IMG/VR virus record: IMGVR_UViG_3300034096_001156 | Strand: one strand, 5' to 3' | Length of the DNA: 28,280 nucleotides | DNA from: an uncultured virus (IMG/VR IMGVR_UViG_3300034096_001156) | Lineage: Duplodnaviria; Heunggongvirae; Uroviricota; Caudoviricetes | Shown: piece after piece, positions 16,028 through 25,684 of the stretch | How the letters are laid out: every line of letters begins with the position of its first letter | How positions within the stretch are numbered: position 1 is the stretch's first letter | The notes under the pieces: generated by a model | What the model was told of the DNA's origin: nothing | What the model saw: only the letters and a program-made list of their open reading frames with translations | The model's database searches: none | Translations under genes and position numbers: made by a program

Positions 16028-16552
16028 ATGACTAATTCTAGTTTACAGCGTTTTGATCACGACGGCATCGAGCTAATTATCGACACTCAGACCGGTGAGA
16101 GCTTTGCCTCAATTAGTGGATATGCCCGGATGTCAGGGAAAATACCTTCGACTATTTCTCGCCGTTTGACTATGAGTGGTTTGCGTGAAAAGGGTCTTGA
16201 ACAGGCTCAAATCGAGACAGCAGGCGGGTTACAAGGTGTTGCGTTGATACCAGAAAATTTAATCTGCCAGTGGCTAATTAAAGACAATCACGAACTAGCC
16301 CTAAAAGTAATGCAGTTGGGCGTTCGCTTATTCCTTCACACCTTAGCTGGTTTTCAGGTCAAAAGTGAGGCAATTGAGGCTAACAAGCGACTTGGCTCTC
16401 AAGTTGCTGAATTGACTGCCAAAATCGACGAATTGGATTATCGAGAAGTTGACTATATCGATGAAATCCTCGGCTTAAAAGACCAAATTAAAAAGCTTGA
16501 GAGCGAGAACTCTACTCTAGAGGAACAAATCGAGTTAATGGGGGGATATTAG
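16028..16552 (+). CDS. Bro-N/antirepressor-like DNA-binding protein with coiled-coil tail (intact copy)
   Basis: AQIETAGGLQGVALIPE resembles the Bro-N TxGGxQ motif; paralogue of 2646-3350. Confidence 0.7.
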   Translation: MTNSSLQRFDHDGIELIIDTQTGESFASISGYARMSGKIPSTISRRLTMSGLREKGLEQAQIETAGGLQGVALIPENLICQWLIKDNHELALKVMQLGVRLFLHTLAGFQVKSEAIEANKRLGSQVAELTAKIDELDYREVDYIDEILGLKDQIKKLESENSTLEEQIELMGGY

Positions 16553-16635
16553 GGGAAAAGCAGTAAACAAGGTTGTTTACTGCTAAAATAAAAAACAGAA
16601 ATTGACACCATAACTGGTACATAACTGATAAAGCT

Positions 16636-16664
16636 AACCCCTGTAGAGACTACAGGGGTTTTTT
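16636..16664 (+). terminator. Intrinsic terminator
   Basis: AACCCCTGTAG-AGA-CTACAGGGGTT followed by a T tract. Confidence 0.85.
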
Positions 16665-17345
16665 GTTTGTTGGTTTGTAATTAGATTGTAGATAAGGATA
16701 TTAACAATGGAAGTCTTGATATATATAGGCTCTAGACTTTGTTGATGTTGTTAGCCTTATTCCCGTGTCAGGATTTTTTATGTTTTTATTGCTGACCTCG
16801 ATTAATTAGATTGTTAGTTTGTAAATAGATTGTAAATAAGGGTATTTACAAAGATAGAAAAGATGAAAGTGTTGATATATATAGCTTTCATCCTTTTTTT
16901 ACTTCTTTGTAGATATTGTTAATAATTACCCCGTGTGTATTTTTTTTGTTTTACTGTTGAGCCTGTTTCTTTTTATTGCTGACCTTGTTTGGTTTCTTTA
17001 TTCTTTTCTCTCTATAGAGCATCAACAATATCTACAAAGCCTAAAACCTAGTCGGGGTAAGGATTTTGATTGTAGATAACCTTATCTACAATCAAATACA
17101 AAAAGAACAGATTAGCGATGAACCACTTCTCACCTCTAAAATCCTCTAGTTAGCCCAAAATACAGCTTTTTGTCAATGGAGCCAGTTTTGCGTTTAATCA
17201 CTTTTATTGCTGACTTTGCTGTATATCTTCTTTTCTCTCTTTTCCTCTATAAGGCATCGACAATATCTACAAAGTCTAAAGCCTATACTCAGCAAGGGTT
17301 TCGATTGTCGATAACCTTATTAACAATCTATCTACAACCTAACAA
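16665..17345. repeat. Right octamer-unit array (4 units: forward, forward, reverse, reverse)
   Basis: Units at ~16665-16760, ~16810-16925, ~17015-17100 and ~17250-17345. Inverted homologue of 2158-2596. Palindrome with perfect 15-bp arms at 17065-17096. Confidence 0.85.
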
Positions 17346-17600
17346 CCGCTCTGTAGTATTTGTAGTATATGTAATACGGATAGATAAAAAAAATACCGCT
17401 CCCTCGTAGGGCGGTAATCCAAGTCAATCTTTAAAAAAATTCTCTCATAGTCTTAATAGAATTGTCAAGACAAAAAAATAACCGCGCTCCCGGGTGCGGT
17501 ATAAAAGAGCGCGGCGGTGTAAATATGTTTTCCTTTTAATTATATCTCAAAAAAGAAAATTCAAGATATAATAATACAAGAAACAGTACACATCTCATCG

Positions 17601-18080
17601 ATGGCTCAAAAAGTCCTTACTGGTAACTATTTTCTTAAAGGGCAATCGTATCCTACGATTGCCAGTGAAATTGTTATTGAGATTAAAAAGGGTTCGACTT
17701 GGGATGAGGAGTTTTTTATTCAGGGAGATTTTACTACATGGAACATTAATTTTTATGTAGCAAAGCAATTTGGAGAAGATCGCATGGCAGTCGGTCGGAT
17801 CGATGGGTTGCAATTTGGCAATTTTATTTTACCTGCTTATGAAGAGGGAGAAGACCCAATTGAATATCAAAATTATACTTATTTTCATTTAATTATCGAT
17901 AGCAATATCACTGCTGAGATGGACGTTACTCCTGTCGCTTTTAAGGAAATCGGACAGCCAAAAGTGGGAAGAGATTACTGGCAAGCTGACTTAGAGGCAT
18001 CTAAAACTATTGCTAATCGGCTCGTTGTTGAACCTTTAGGACTAGATTTAATTCCCGTAGTCGTTAGGGGGGAAGTTTGA
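17601..18080 (+). CDS. Putative virion/tail-associated protein
   Basis: First gene of the co-oriented tail operon; beta-rich. Confidence 0.55.
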   Translation: MAQKVLTGNYFLKGQSYPTIASEIVIEIKKGSTWDEEFFIQGDFTTWNINFYVAKQFGEDRMAVGRIDGLQFGNFILPAYEEGEDPIEYQNYTYFHLIIDSNITAEMDVTPVAFKEIGQPKVGRDYWQADLEASKTIANRLVVEPLGLDLIPVVVRGEV

Positions 18081-18523
18081 TGCCAATTGAAATAACTGGA
18101 AGTTCTAGGCAAGTAATTGTTTCAGCTACTCTTGGAGGTGCTGGATGGTCGCCTATTTTGTCCCTAGTTACTGATGGTAATCGCCGGGTTTTTCAGGTAG
18201 TTAATTGGGTAGGAGGTTCAGGTACTCCTCCAGCAACGGGTGGGTATATTGGGATATCTGGATTAGTTTCTTCAATTAGCTCTGCTGTTGATGTTCGGGG
18301 TTCTCCTGGACTACCGGGAGAGGGAAGTGCTTTTTACAAGCATACTCAATCGCCTGCATCTGCAACCTGGACAATTATTCATAATTTAGGCTTTGAGCCA
18401 CAGACTCAAGTTTTTAGTTCAGGAGGAGTAAAAATAGAAGCTTTTGTACAAAACCTTTCTTTAAATACTACTCAAATTATTTTTAGTAGTCCCTTTAGCG
18501 GTTATGCAATTTTATCGAGGTAA
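18080..18523 (+). CDS. Putative tail-associated protein
   Basis: Short collagen-like GSPGLPG and WTIIHNLG motif typical of tail-fibre-associated proteins; its start overlaps the upstream stop. Confidence 0.65.
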   Translation: MPIEITGSSRQVIVSATLGGAGWSPILSLVTDGNRRVFQVVNWVGGSGTPPATGGYIGISGLVSSISSAVDVRGSPGLPGEGSAFYKHTQSPASATWTIIHNLGFEPQTQVFSSGGVKIEAFVQNLSLNTTQIIFSSPFSGYAILSR

Positions 18524-18535
18524 TTAGAGGTAATC

Positions 18536-19345
18536 ATGACATTCATCGAATTTTGGTCTGACACTGAATTTAAAGGAAAAATTCGGGCTTCTGTTGCCCC
18601 AGAAAATCCTAACGATTTGGTCAATTTTGGTACTTTAAATGCTCTTCTGGAAGGGTTTGATTACAAGGACGCAGTATTTGCTTCTGCCCCATCAAATATC
18701 AATTTAAATGCTCCTGGCTCGACAATTGGTGGGGCCACGATGACTTTAGCCAACTCTCGCTTTATTGCCGCAAATCAAACTAATAACACAGAGAACGGAC
18801 TTTATAATTGGAACGGAGCTTCTGTTCCAGCTACCCGCACTGCTGACGCTAGTACAGGAGCCGAACTCAGAAACGCAATCGTAACTGTTGCCTCTGGTAG
18901 TGGGAATAACGATGAGGGCGTGACTTACAGGCAGATTACTCAATCCGTGACTTTGGGAACTTCTCCTATAATCTGGCAAGTTCATGGGGCCGGAGTTCCT
19001 GACGCAAGTGAAACCACATCGGGTAAAGTACAGCGTGCTACTTTAGCCGAACTAGAAGCGGGAACAGACACAGCCAAATATGTCACCCCTTCCTTGCTTG
19101 CCAGTTGGTCTGGAAGACGGCGATCAGTAATTACCAATCCTTTTGGAGATGGGGTTAATACAGTTTTTGTGATCACACATACCCTGACTGATACTAATCC
19201 CAGCGTAGAAGTAATTCGCAATAGCGGTAATAGAGATACTGTAGGAGTTTTTACGGAACGATTGAGTAATACTTCAATCCGCCTAACTTTTGCTTCTACG
19301 GCAGTACCTTCTGTGAATGGATTTGTAGCTAAATTACTAGCTTAG
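18536..19345 (+). CDS. Tail fibre-like protein
   Basis: NQTNNTENGLY and PDASETTSGKVQRATLAELEAGTDTAKYVTP fibre motifs. Confidence 0.75.
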   Translation: MTFIEFWSDTEFKGKIRASVAPENPNDLVNFGTLNALLEGFDYKDAVFASAPSNINLNAPGSTIGGATMTLANSRFIAANQTNNTENGLYNWNGASVPATRTADASTGAELRNAIVTVASGSGNNDEGVTYRQITQSVTLGTSPIIWQVHGAGVPDASETTSGKVQRATLAELEAGTDTAKYVTPSLLASWSGRRRSVITNPFGDGVNTVFVITHTLTDTNPSVEVIRNSGNRDTVGVFTERLSNTSIRLTFASTAVPSVNGFVAKLLA

Positions 19346-19349
19346 TATT

Positions 19350-19760
19350 GTGAAAGAATTTCTCGGTCCTACTGACACTTTAGATTCGATCGCTACAGCC
19401 CGATGGGTTTCTACTCGGTTGCAAAGCGAGATAGTAACTATTACGAACATTTCTGCTGCACAGCAGATTCCTGTTACTTCTTTTCTAAGAGAAATTACTC
19501 TTTTAGAAGTGCGAAACTTACGTACTTCTGCGGGAAGTGCTACAATAACTTTTAGCTTTGGCAGTGGTGTTTCTTTTGGGGCAATACCAGGACTATCTAA
19601 TCTATCTCTTACTACCGCCCGGGCTAATTTTACAGTATCTGGACAAGGACAAATTATTACTACTGCTCAAGAAATTCGATTCGATATTACCAGCGTTACT
19701 GGTGGACCATTGAGTATCCCTTTTTTGTTAATTTTCCGCGAAACAGCATCGCTAACTTAA
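19350..19760 (+). CDS. Putative structural protein
   Basis: 136 aa, S/T-rich, in the tail operon. Confidence 0.6.
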   Translation: MKEFLGPTDTLDSIATARWVSTRLQSEIVTITNISAAQQIPVTSFLREITLLEVRNLRTSAGSATITFSFGSGVSFGAIPGLSNLSLTTARANFTVSGQGQIITTAQEIRFDITSVTGGPLSIPFLLIFRETASLT

Positions 19761-20195
19761 ATGCCTAATAGTTTAATTGCTCAAAGCTTATTTTTAAATA
19801 GTCCCGAATATATTGAAAGATACCAAATTGCATTAACAAATGTTTCTGGGTCTTTCAATGAAATGTCAACTAATTCAGCTTTTTTTGATAGTGAAATCAA
19901 GCCTAATTTAATCGATGATGAATCTGTCCGATTTTATGTTTATAAAAGGATTTTATCAGAAATGATCGTTTTTAATCCTTATGTCAAGCTGAATGTAGCT
20001 AAATTGGGAATGACGGCAGCAGTGTTTGGGGAAGCTCCAAGACTTGCGCTTTCTATTAATATTGGAGATAAATTAAATCCGATTTCTGAATCGGATATTT
20101 TGCAGGCAGTGACAGAACAATTCAACGACGAAAATCTGTTGGCTCAATTGTTGAATCAAAATATTCTCAAAGTGTCTGCGGTTTTTAATAATTAG
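19761..20195 (+). CDS. Hypothetical protein in the tail operon
   Basis: 144-aa ORF abutting the upstream gene. Confidence 0.65.
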   Translation: MPNSLIAQSLFLNSPEYIERYQIALTNVSGSFNEMSTNSAFFDSEIKPNLIDDESVRFYVYKRILSEMIVFNPYVKLNVAKLGMTAAVFGEAPRLALSINIGDKLNPISESDILQAVTEQFNDENLLAQLLNQNILKVSAVFNN

Positions 20196-20214
20196 GTCTT
20201 GTAGGAGTTTTGTT

Positions 20215-20445
20215 ATGTTTGAATCTAAAAAATCACAAGAATCGCAATTGTGGACACCAGTAGAACTAAAATCTAAAAGACTTTATCTCTGGTTTGACGC
20301 TACTGATAATACTACTTTTGGTTGCGATAAAAATAATAGTATTTTTATCTTAAAAGGTGGAAGTAATCAGCATTTTCTACAAAAAGTATTTGCTTTCTTT
20401 AGAAAAGCAGTAATTAATCTGATAGCGATTTTTAAAGGTCTGTAA
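20215..20445 (+). CDS. Short protein resembling the N-terminus of the next gene (possible remnant)
   Basis: LWTPVELKSKRLYLWFDA vs LWTPTNLGIKLLGWWDA; AGGAG RBS. Confidence 0.55.
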   Translation: MFESKKSQESQLWTPVELKSKRLYLWFDATDNTTFGCDKNNSIFILKGGSNQHFLQKVFAFFRKAVINLIAIFKGL

Positions 20446-20453
20446 TTTTAAAA

Positions 20454-21233
20454 ATGCTAATAATTAATGCCAGTCCCCCATTATGGACACCTACTAATCT
20501 TGGTATTAAATTATTGGGTTGGTGGGATGCCTCTCTTAGTGGAACTATTACTCTCGTCGATAATGCTGTATCACGATGGAATGATTTGAGCGGACAAAAC
20601 AATCATTTGATTCAACCAACAGCAGGAAAACGACCTATTACTGACATTTTTGCAGGACGACCTTGTGTTGCTTTTGACGGATCAAATGACTCTTTATTAA
20701 CAACTAATGTCTTACCACAAAATATAGCGATTTTTGCCGTTTTTGGATATCCAAATAATAATTCTCAACCTCCATTTGCTTGGTCAAGAAATGATGGAAA
20801 TAATTTTGCTAACTGTCAAGAGCTTCATTTGTCTTTCAATGGTTCAATAAGAGCCGTAAATAACGACAGTGGTCCGTATGCCGATACGCCGACTGGTACA
20901 CCCCAATCTTTTTACGATAATTGCATTATCGGCGGAGCTTACGGGGAGAGCGGCAACAACGTGACGCGAGCGCACTTAAATGGGAGAGCCGTACAAGCTA
21001 CGCCCGTTCGCCAAGACAATATTACATCTGTGCTATGCTTGGGTCAGCGCGATAATAATCTTCTTGCATCCGCTTCTCGCTTTACTGAAATAGCAATTTT
21101 TACCAATTGGACAATACCAGATATTCAGAAGATAGAAGGTTATTTCGCACATCGATGGCAGGGGCTTTTACTTTCAAGGTTGATTACAGATCACCCTTTT
21201 AAAAATCGTCCACCTCTTGTTTCTGATATTTAA
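20454..21233 (+). CDS. ConA/LamG-like lectin-fold protein, candidate receptor-binding protein
   Basis: GWWDAS...VSRWNDLSGQNNHL...FDGSND...KIEGYFAHRW motifs. Confidence 0.75.
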   Translation: MLIINASPPLWTPTNLGIKLLGWWDASLSGTITLVDNAVSRWNDLSGQNNHLIQPTAGKRPITDIFAGRPCVAFDGSNDSLLTTNVLPQNIAIFAVFGYPNNNSQPPFAWSRNDGNNFANCQELHLSFNGSIRAVNNDSGPYADTPTGTPQSFYDNCIIGGAYGESGNNVTRAHLNGRAVQATPVRQDNITSVLCLGQRDNNLLASASRFTEIAIFTNWTIPDIQKIEGYFAHRWQGLLLSRLITDHPFKNRPPLVSDI

Positions 21234-21354
21234 GGTAAAATAAAATCAGAAAATATTTGGAGAATTTAAATTGAATTACAGAAAATACTTAGCTGGAATT
21301 AGTATTCCACCAGCAGAATTGATCACATAGCAAGACAAGAGTGGCAATAATAAC

Positions 21355-21384
21355 CACCTTTTAGCACAACCGAAAAAAAGGTGG
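21355..21384. terminator. Hairpin between converging operons
   Basis: CCACCTTTT...AAAAGGTGG. Confidence 0.5.
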
Positions 21385-21418
21385 CATCAACGGCTTTCTG
21401 TCTTATCGAGCGATGCTG

Positions 21419-22486
21419 TTAAATATCATCCCATCCCGTTAAGCCAGAAGACATAACATAACTGGTAACAGTTGCTTCAAAAAAGTTTGACTTAGTGTGA
21501 CCTTCCCCTTGAGTATCAGAGAATTTCTCTAAATGGGAATAGGGAGATTTTTTGTATTTGTCCTCGGTAAAAATTGGATTTAAGCCGATGGCTTTTAGTC
21601 GAATATTGGCAAGGTATTTAGTATAGTGATCTATACTTTCTTCAGTAATGCCCAGTATTTGATTACCGATAATATGGTTGGACCAATTAATTTCTTGATT
21701 AACAGCCTCCAAGAAAGAACTTGCTATACCTTTTTTAATTGACTCTTTTGGGAATAATTGCAATGCTTCCACAATTAATTTTTGATACAATCGGACGTGA
21801 CTTAACTCATCTCGATTAATCATCCTAAAAATATCGGCACTTCCAGCCATTAGATGTCTAGAAGCTAGATTATAAAAATACTGGAACCCATTATAGAAAT
21901 ACAGTCCTTCTAGAATATAATTAGAACACAGAGAACCAAAATAATTACTCTGTGTTGGGCTGTCAATATATTTTTGATAAGAACTAGCAATAAATTCACA
22001 GCGATCCTTGAGAACTTTATCGGTGCGCCATAAATCATAAATTTCAGCCCTTTTGTTTGAGGGAATAATAGTCTCAATCAAGTATTGATAACTTTGATTG
22101 TGCATAGCCTCTTGAGAGATTTGTTCTGCCATACAAAGGCTGATCTCTGGGGCTGTGACGCAAGATTTTAAGTGAGGAATGTTACAGGTTTGTACAGAAT
22201 CAAGAAAAGTTAGATAGGATAAAATACCATCATAAGCGCGTCTTTCATCAAGGGTTAAGTTATTATAGTCAGTTATATCTTGAGTAATATCTATTTTTTG
22301 CGGAATCCAGAAATTTTCACGCATCTGTTGATATAAACCTACAGCCCAAGCGTAGCGGACATCATTTAATTGCATCAAGTTAGTAGTGTTACCAAACCAG
22401 ATCGAACGGTTTTTGATCGCATCATCCCCCGATGGATTGAAGATCGGGGAAATGGGCATTTTATTGCTAAGATTTGCTAATGTCAT
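21419..22486 (-). CDS. nrdB: Ribonucleotide reductase class Ia beta subunit
   Basis: FWIPQ, LTFLDSVQ, EAMHNQSY, LEGLYFYNGF, INRDELSH, NFFE. Confidence 0.95.
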   Translation of the reverse strand: MTLANLSNKMPISPIFNPSGDDAIKNRSIWFGNTTNLMQLNDVRYAWAVGLYQQMRENFWIPQKIDITQDITDYNNLTLDERRAYDGILSYLTFLDSVQTCNIPHLKSCVTAPEISLCMAEQISQEAMHNQSYQYLIETIIPSNKRAEIYDLWRTDKVLKDRCEFIASSYQKYIDSPTQSNYFGSLCSNYILEGLYFYNGFQYFYNLASRHLMAGSADIFRMINRDELSHVRLYQKLIVEALQLFPKESIKKGIASSFLEAVNQEINWSNHIIGNQILGITEESIDHYTKYLANIRLKAIGLNPIFTEDKYKKSPYSHLEKFSDTQGEGHTKSNFFEATVTSYVMSSGLTGWDDI

Positions 22487-22503
22487 AGTTTTGATTGAGT
22501 AAA

Positions 22504-22776
22504 TTATCTGAAGATTGATTTAAAAGCTTCTAGGTCAAGATGTATGTCGTATTTTTTCCAGTGAATATAGCTGCCGTCTTCTAGAATAGTAAATCTTGAT
22601 TGGTCGGATATTTCGATTCTTTTTAGTGCTGACAGAGAACTAAACGGAATCTGAAATAAATTTAAATTGCAATCAAAAACGATTAAGCTATCTTTAAAAA
22701 CAATAGCTGTACTAATCATCTTATTAGATGAACGCCATTTGTGAGCGATTATGATTCTTTTAATTATTGAAATCAT
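22504..22776 (-). CDS. DUF2442-like protein
   Basis: RFTILEDGSYIHWKKYDIHLDL pattern. Confidence 0.65.
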   Translation of the reverse strand: MISIIKRIIIAHKWRSSNKMISTAIVFKDSLIVFDCNLNLFQIPFSSLSALKRIEISDQSRFTILEDGSYIHWKKYDIHLDLEAFKSIFR

Positions 22777-23063
22777 GGTTTATCTGAAGGTTCCCAGTCT
22801 CTACATTGTACACAAGAAATAGAGGGATTTACACTACATTTCAGATTAAAATCTTTATGGGTTTCAGGATTATAATATTTACAAGAACTAATCCGATTAT
22901 ATTCATCTGTTAAATAGTATTTAAATTGTTTAACTGTGTAGATTAAATTAGTCTTAAATCTAAAAAACACTCTACACAAGACAACAGCAAAAATTAAAGC
23001 AGTATAAAGTAAAAATATACTTAATACAATAGTTGCTAGAAAGTTAATAATTATTATTGCCAT
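22773..23063 (-). CDS. Membrane-anchored Cys-rich protein (DUF6464-like)
   Basis: N-terminal TM helix; CKYY...CSVNP...CVQC. Confidence 0.55.
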   Translation of the reverse strand: MAIIIINFLATIVLSIFLLYTALIFAVVLCRVFFRFKTNLIYTVKQFKYYLTDEYNRISSCKYYNPETHKDFNLKCSVNPSISCVQCRDWEPSDKP

Positions 23064-23120
23064 AATGATTATTTATTTTTTCGAGTATTGATAAAATAAC
23101 AGAAAAAATGATATTCATGG

Positions 23121-25373
23121 TTAATTAGCACAACTAGAACAGCTATCTTTAAAGTTATCCTTCTGAACAGTCCGTACATAATAGACTGCTTTACATTCTG
23201 ATTCCCACGCTAAAACTAGAGTTTCGTAAATTTCTTTAACTGTTAATACGCGGTTAGGTTCGTCAGGAAAATAAACACCCTGATTAAGGTTAAATAGTAA
23301 TTCCATAGAAATCCCTGTATCAATCCATTTTTGCATTTCAGCAATCGCTTGAACAACAATCTTTTGATCAAGATTTTGATTCTCTTGGTAATACCAAAAG
23401 AAATCCTTAATAAAAGGAGGGCAATTAGGGATAGCACCCTTTGAGTTCTTTTCTGTAAATACCCGCTTAAAAACGGGCAAAACACTGGCAGTGCAACCTT
23501 GAATTAAGGAAGAAGTAGTGTTGGGAGCTACAGCAGTAATATGGGAATTTCTAATGCCAAATTGTTGAATACTTTTGGCTAATTGATGCCAATTATAGGT
23601 ATTATCAGAATTTACGTTGAACCATTCTAATGGTTTAGCCCCTAGTAATTTACCCTGACTCCATTCACTGCTGGAAAAAGCTTGATAAGCACCGCGTTCT
23701 TTAGCCAATCTCATCGAAGCGTGAGTACAATAATAGCTAATTCTTTCAAATAAATCATTGATAGATTTAAAGTCTTTATAAAATAATTTTTGTTTAGCTA
23801 ACCAGTCAGCTAATCCCATAACCCCAACTCCAATAGTGCGATAACGGTCATTATGTGTTTTGGCTTCACCAATCGGGGGACAAGTCAAGTCGATTGTATT
23901 GTCAAGCACTCTAACAGCAAGATGACACATTTCCGCTAAATTAGTAAGAGTGTCAATGTTGGCTAAATTAAGACTAACTAAATTACAGCAATGGGCTGTT
24001 TTACCCGGTGTGACATTAGAGAAGCTCTCACAGCACAAATTAACTTGAGGGATGTACCCGTCGTGTTTATTAGGATTAGCCCGATTAATGGTATCTTTAA
24101 AAGCAAGATAGGGCATACCTGTCTCGACTTGAGAGCGCATAACATCTTTAAATAACTCCCTAGCGTTAACTTTTCTGTAGAGAGTAATTTCTGTCCCTAG
24201 ATTATCTTCAATTAATTTGTAAGCATCTTCAAATTTTTCACCCCATAATTCTGCTAATTCTATCCCTAGTTTTGCCCGAACCTCATAAGGATCAACTAAT
24301 GTCCACTCGTCTTTATCTACTACCCGACGCATAAATTCGTCGGGAATAACTAATTGGGGGAAAACATCATAAGCTTTACGTCTTTGATCACCGTTTTCTG
24401 TCTGCATTTCTAAAAATTCTGGCACATCTAGATGCCAAATATCAACCCCAACAGTGACAGCCCCGGCGCGTCTCCCCCCTTGATTGACTGCAATAGCTGT
24501 ATCGTTGAGTAATTTAATCCAGGGTATAATCCCCCCGGAAGCATTAGCTTTCCCCATTACCCAGCTACCAGTGGCACGGATTCTACTTACATTTACCCCA
24601 ACACCGCCGCCATTTTTTGAGATGCGAGCAGTATTGGTAATCTCGCTAAAAATACTCTCTAGATTGTCTTCCATTGCTACGATGAAGCAACTACTCAAGG
24701 AACCATTAGGGGTTCTTAGATTGCCTAAAATTGGAGTAGCTAAAGAGATTTTTCTTTGAGCTATAGCTAAGTAAATTTGAAACGCAATTCTTAATCTATT
24801 CTCTGGGTTTTCCTCTACGCTCGCAAGCAATAAAGCGCAAGCCAGGAAAGCCTCTTGAGGTAATTCACAATCAAGCAAATACCTCTCTGACAACATGATT
24901 GCACCAGCGTAGTCAAAATCTTTATCGTATTCTGGGTATATCCAATCCCCCGCAATCTTTAAATCGTTTTCGTCATAGATTTCAGTAATTTTTGAATCAT
25001 AAACACCCCTATCCACTTGCCACTGGACATATTTAGCGTAGTCGGTTCCTTCCAATCTTCTAAAAACCGTACGAGATAAATAGCCGCCAAATTCTCTTTT
25101 AATCCTTGTATCTTTCCATAATCCCCAGATGTGAAGTCTTCCGGCTACATACTTCCAATCGGTTTCTTCTACACAAAACAATTGTGTAGCTACATTGACT
25201 AAATTGTCTTGAATTTCTCTAGTGGTAATCCCATCTCGTAATCGAGAAGTTAATCCTGATTCTAAAGCGAGGGGATTTACTTTTAACCCTTCACACGCCC
25301 ATTCAACTACTCGTCGAATTTTAGTGATGTCTAAGGGTCGAGTTTCTCCATTTCTCTGAATTACATTAATCAT
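23121..25373 (-). CDS. nrdA: Ribonucleotide reductase class Ia alpha subunit with ATP cone
   Basis: VIQRNG ATP cone, LSSCF, NLCCE, APNTTSS, YYVR, C-terminal CSSC. Confidence 0.95.
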   Translation of the reverse strand: MINVIQRNGETRPLDITKIRRVVEWACEGLKVNPLALESGLTSRLRDGITTREIQDNLVNVATQLFCVEETDWKYVAGRLHIWGLWKDTRIKREFGGYLSRTVFRRLEGTDYAKYVQWQVDRGVYDSKITEIYDENDLKIAGDWIYPEYDKDFDYAGAIMLSERYLLDCELPQEAFLACALLLASVEENPENRLRIAFQIYLAIAQRKISLATPILGNLRTPNGSLSSCFIVAMEDNLESIFSEITNTARISKNGGGVGVNVSRIRATGSWVMGKANASGGIIPWIKLLNDTAIAVNQGGRRAGAVTVGVDIWHLDVPEFLEMQTENGDQRRKAYDVFPQLVIPDEFMRRVVDKDEWTLVDPYEVRAKLGIELAELWGEKFEDAYKLIEDNLGTEITLYRKVNARELFKDVMRSQVETGMPYLAFKDTINRANPNKHDGYIPQVNLCCESFSNVTPGKTAHCCNLVSLNLANIDTLTNLAEMCHLAVRVLDNTIDLTCPPIGEAKTHNDRYRTIGVGVMGLADWLAKQKLFYKDFKSINDLFERISYYCTHASMRLAKERGAYQAFSSSEWSQGKLLGAKPLEWFNVNSDNTYNWHQLAKSIQQFGIRNSHITAVAPNTTSSLIQGCTASVLPVFKRVFTEKNSKGAIPNCPPFIKDFFWYYQENQNLDQKIVVQAIAEMQKWIDTGISMELLFNLNQGVYFPDEPNRVLTVKEIYETLVLAWESECKAVYYVRTVQKDNFKDSCSSCAN

Positions 25374-25420
25374 TTATTTACTCCTACAGATTTTTAATTT
25401 TACTTTAATAATCCTAGCGT

Positions 25421-25648
25421 TTATTCAATATTAGGACGGTCATTTTTTTCTGATTTTTCGTAAGTCGCTTCTATAGCTTTATCAATCCAAGCATTGATTT
25501 GATCATGCCTAATTTCTCCATAATCGGTTTCATCGTAAACTTCATTTTTACTCTTAATTCCTATATTTGAATAAAGTAATAAGAAATTGTATAAATCAAT
25601 TTCGTTGACCGATTGTATTAACTCTGCAAGAACTTGTTTAGCGTCCAT
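25421..25648 (-). CDS. Hypothetical protein
   Basis: 75-aa ORF co-oriented in the operon. Confidence 0.6.
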   Translation of the reverse strand: MDAKQVLAELIQSVNEIDLYNFLLLYSNIGIKSKNEVYDETDYGEIRHDQINAWIDKAIEATYEKSEKNDRPNIE

Positions 25649-25684
25649 TGTTATTTGTCTTGAGTGTAATTTAATTTGAAGTAA

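Noticed and set aside
818..24759. Short antisense or alternate-frame ORFs in the track (e.g. 818-1048, 1814-2005, 3965-4186, 8147-8378, 9857-10072, 18746-19221, 23243-23485, 24484-24759)
   Set aside because: They overlap well-supported genes or promoters and show no motifs.
21419..25373. Introns or inteins in nrdA/nrdB
   Set aside because: Both ORFs are continuous and of normal length.
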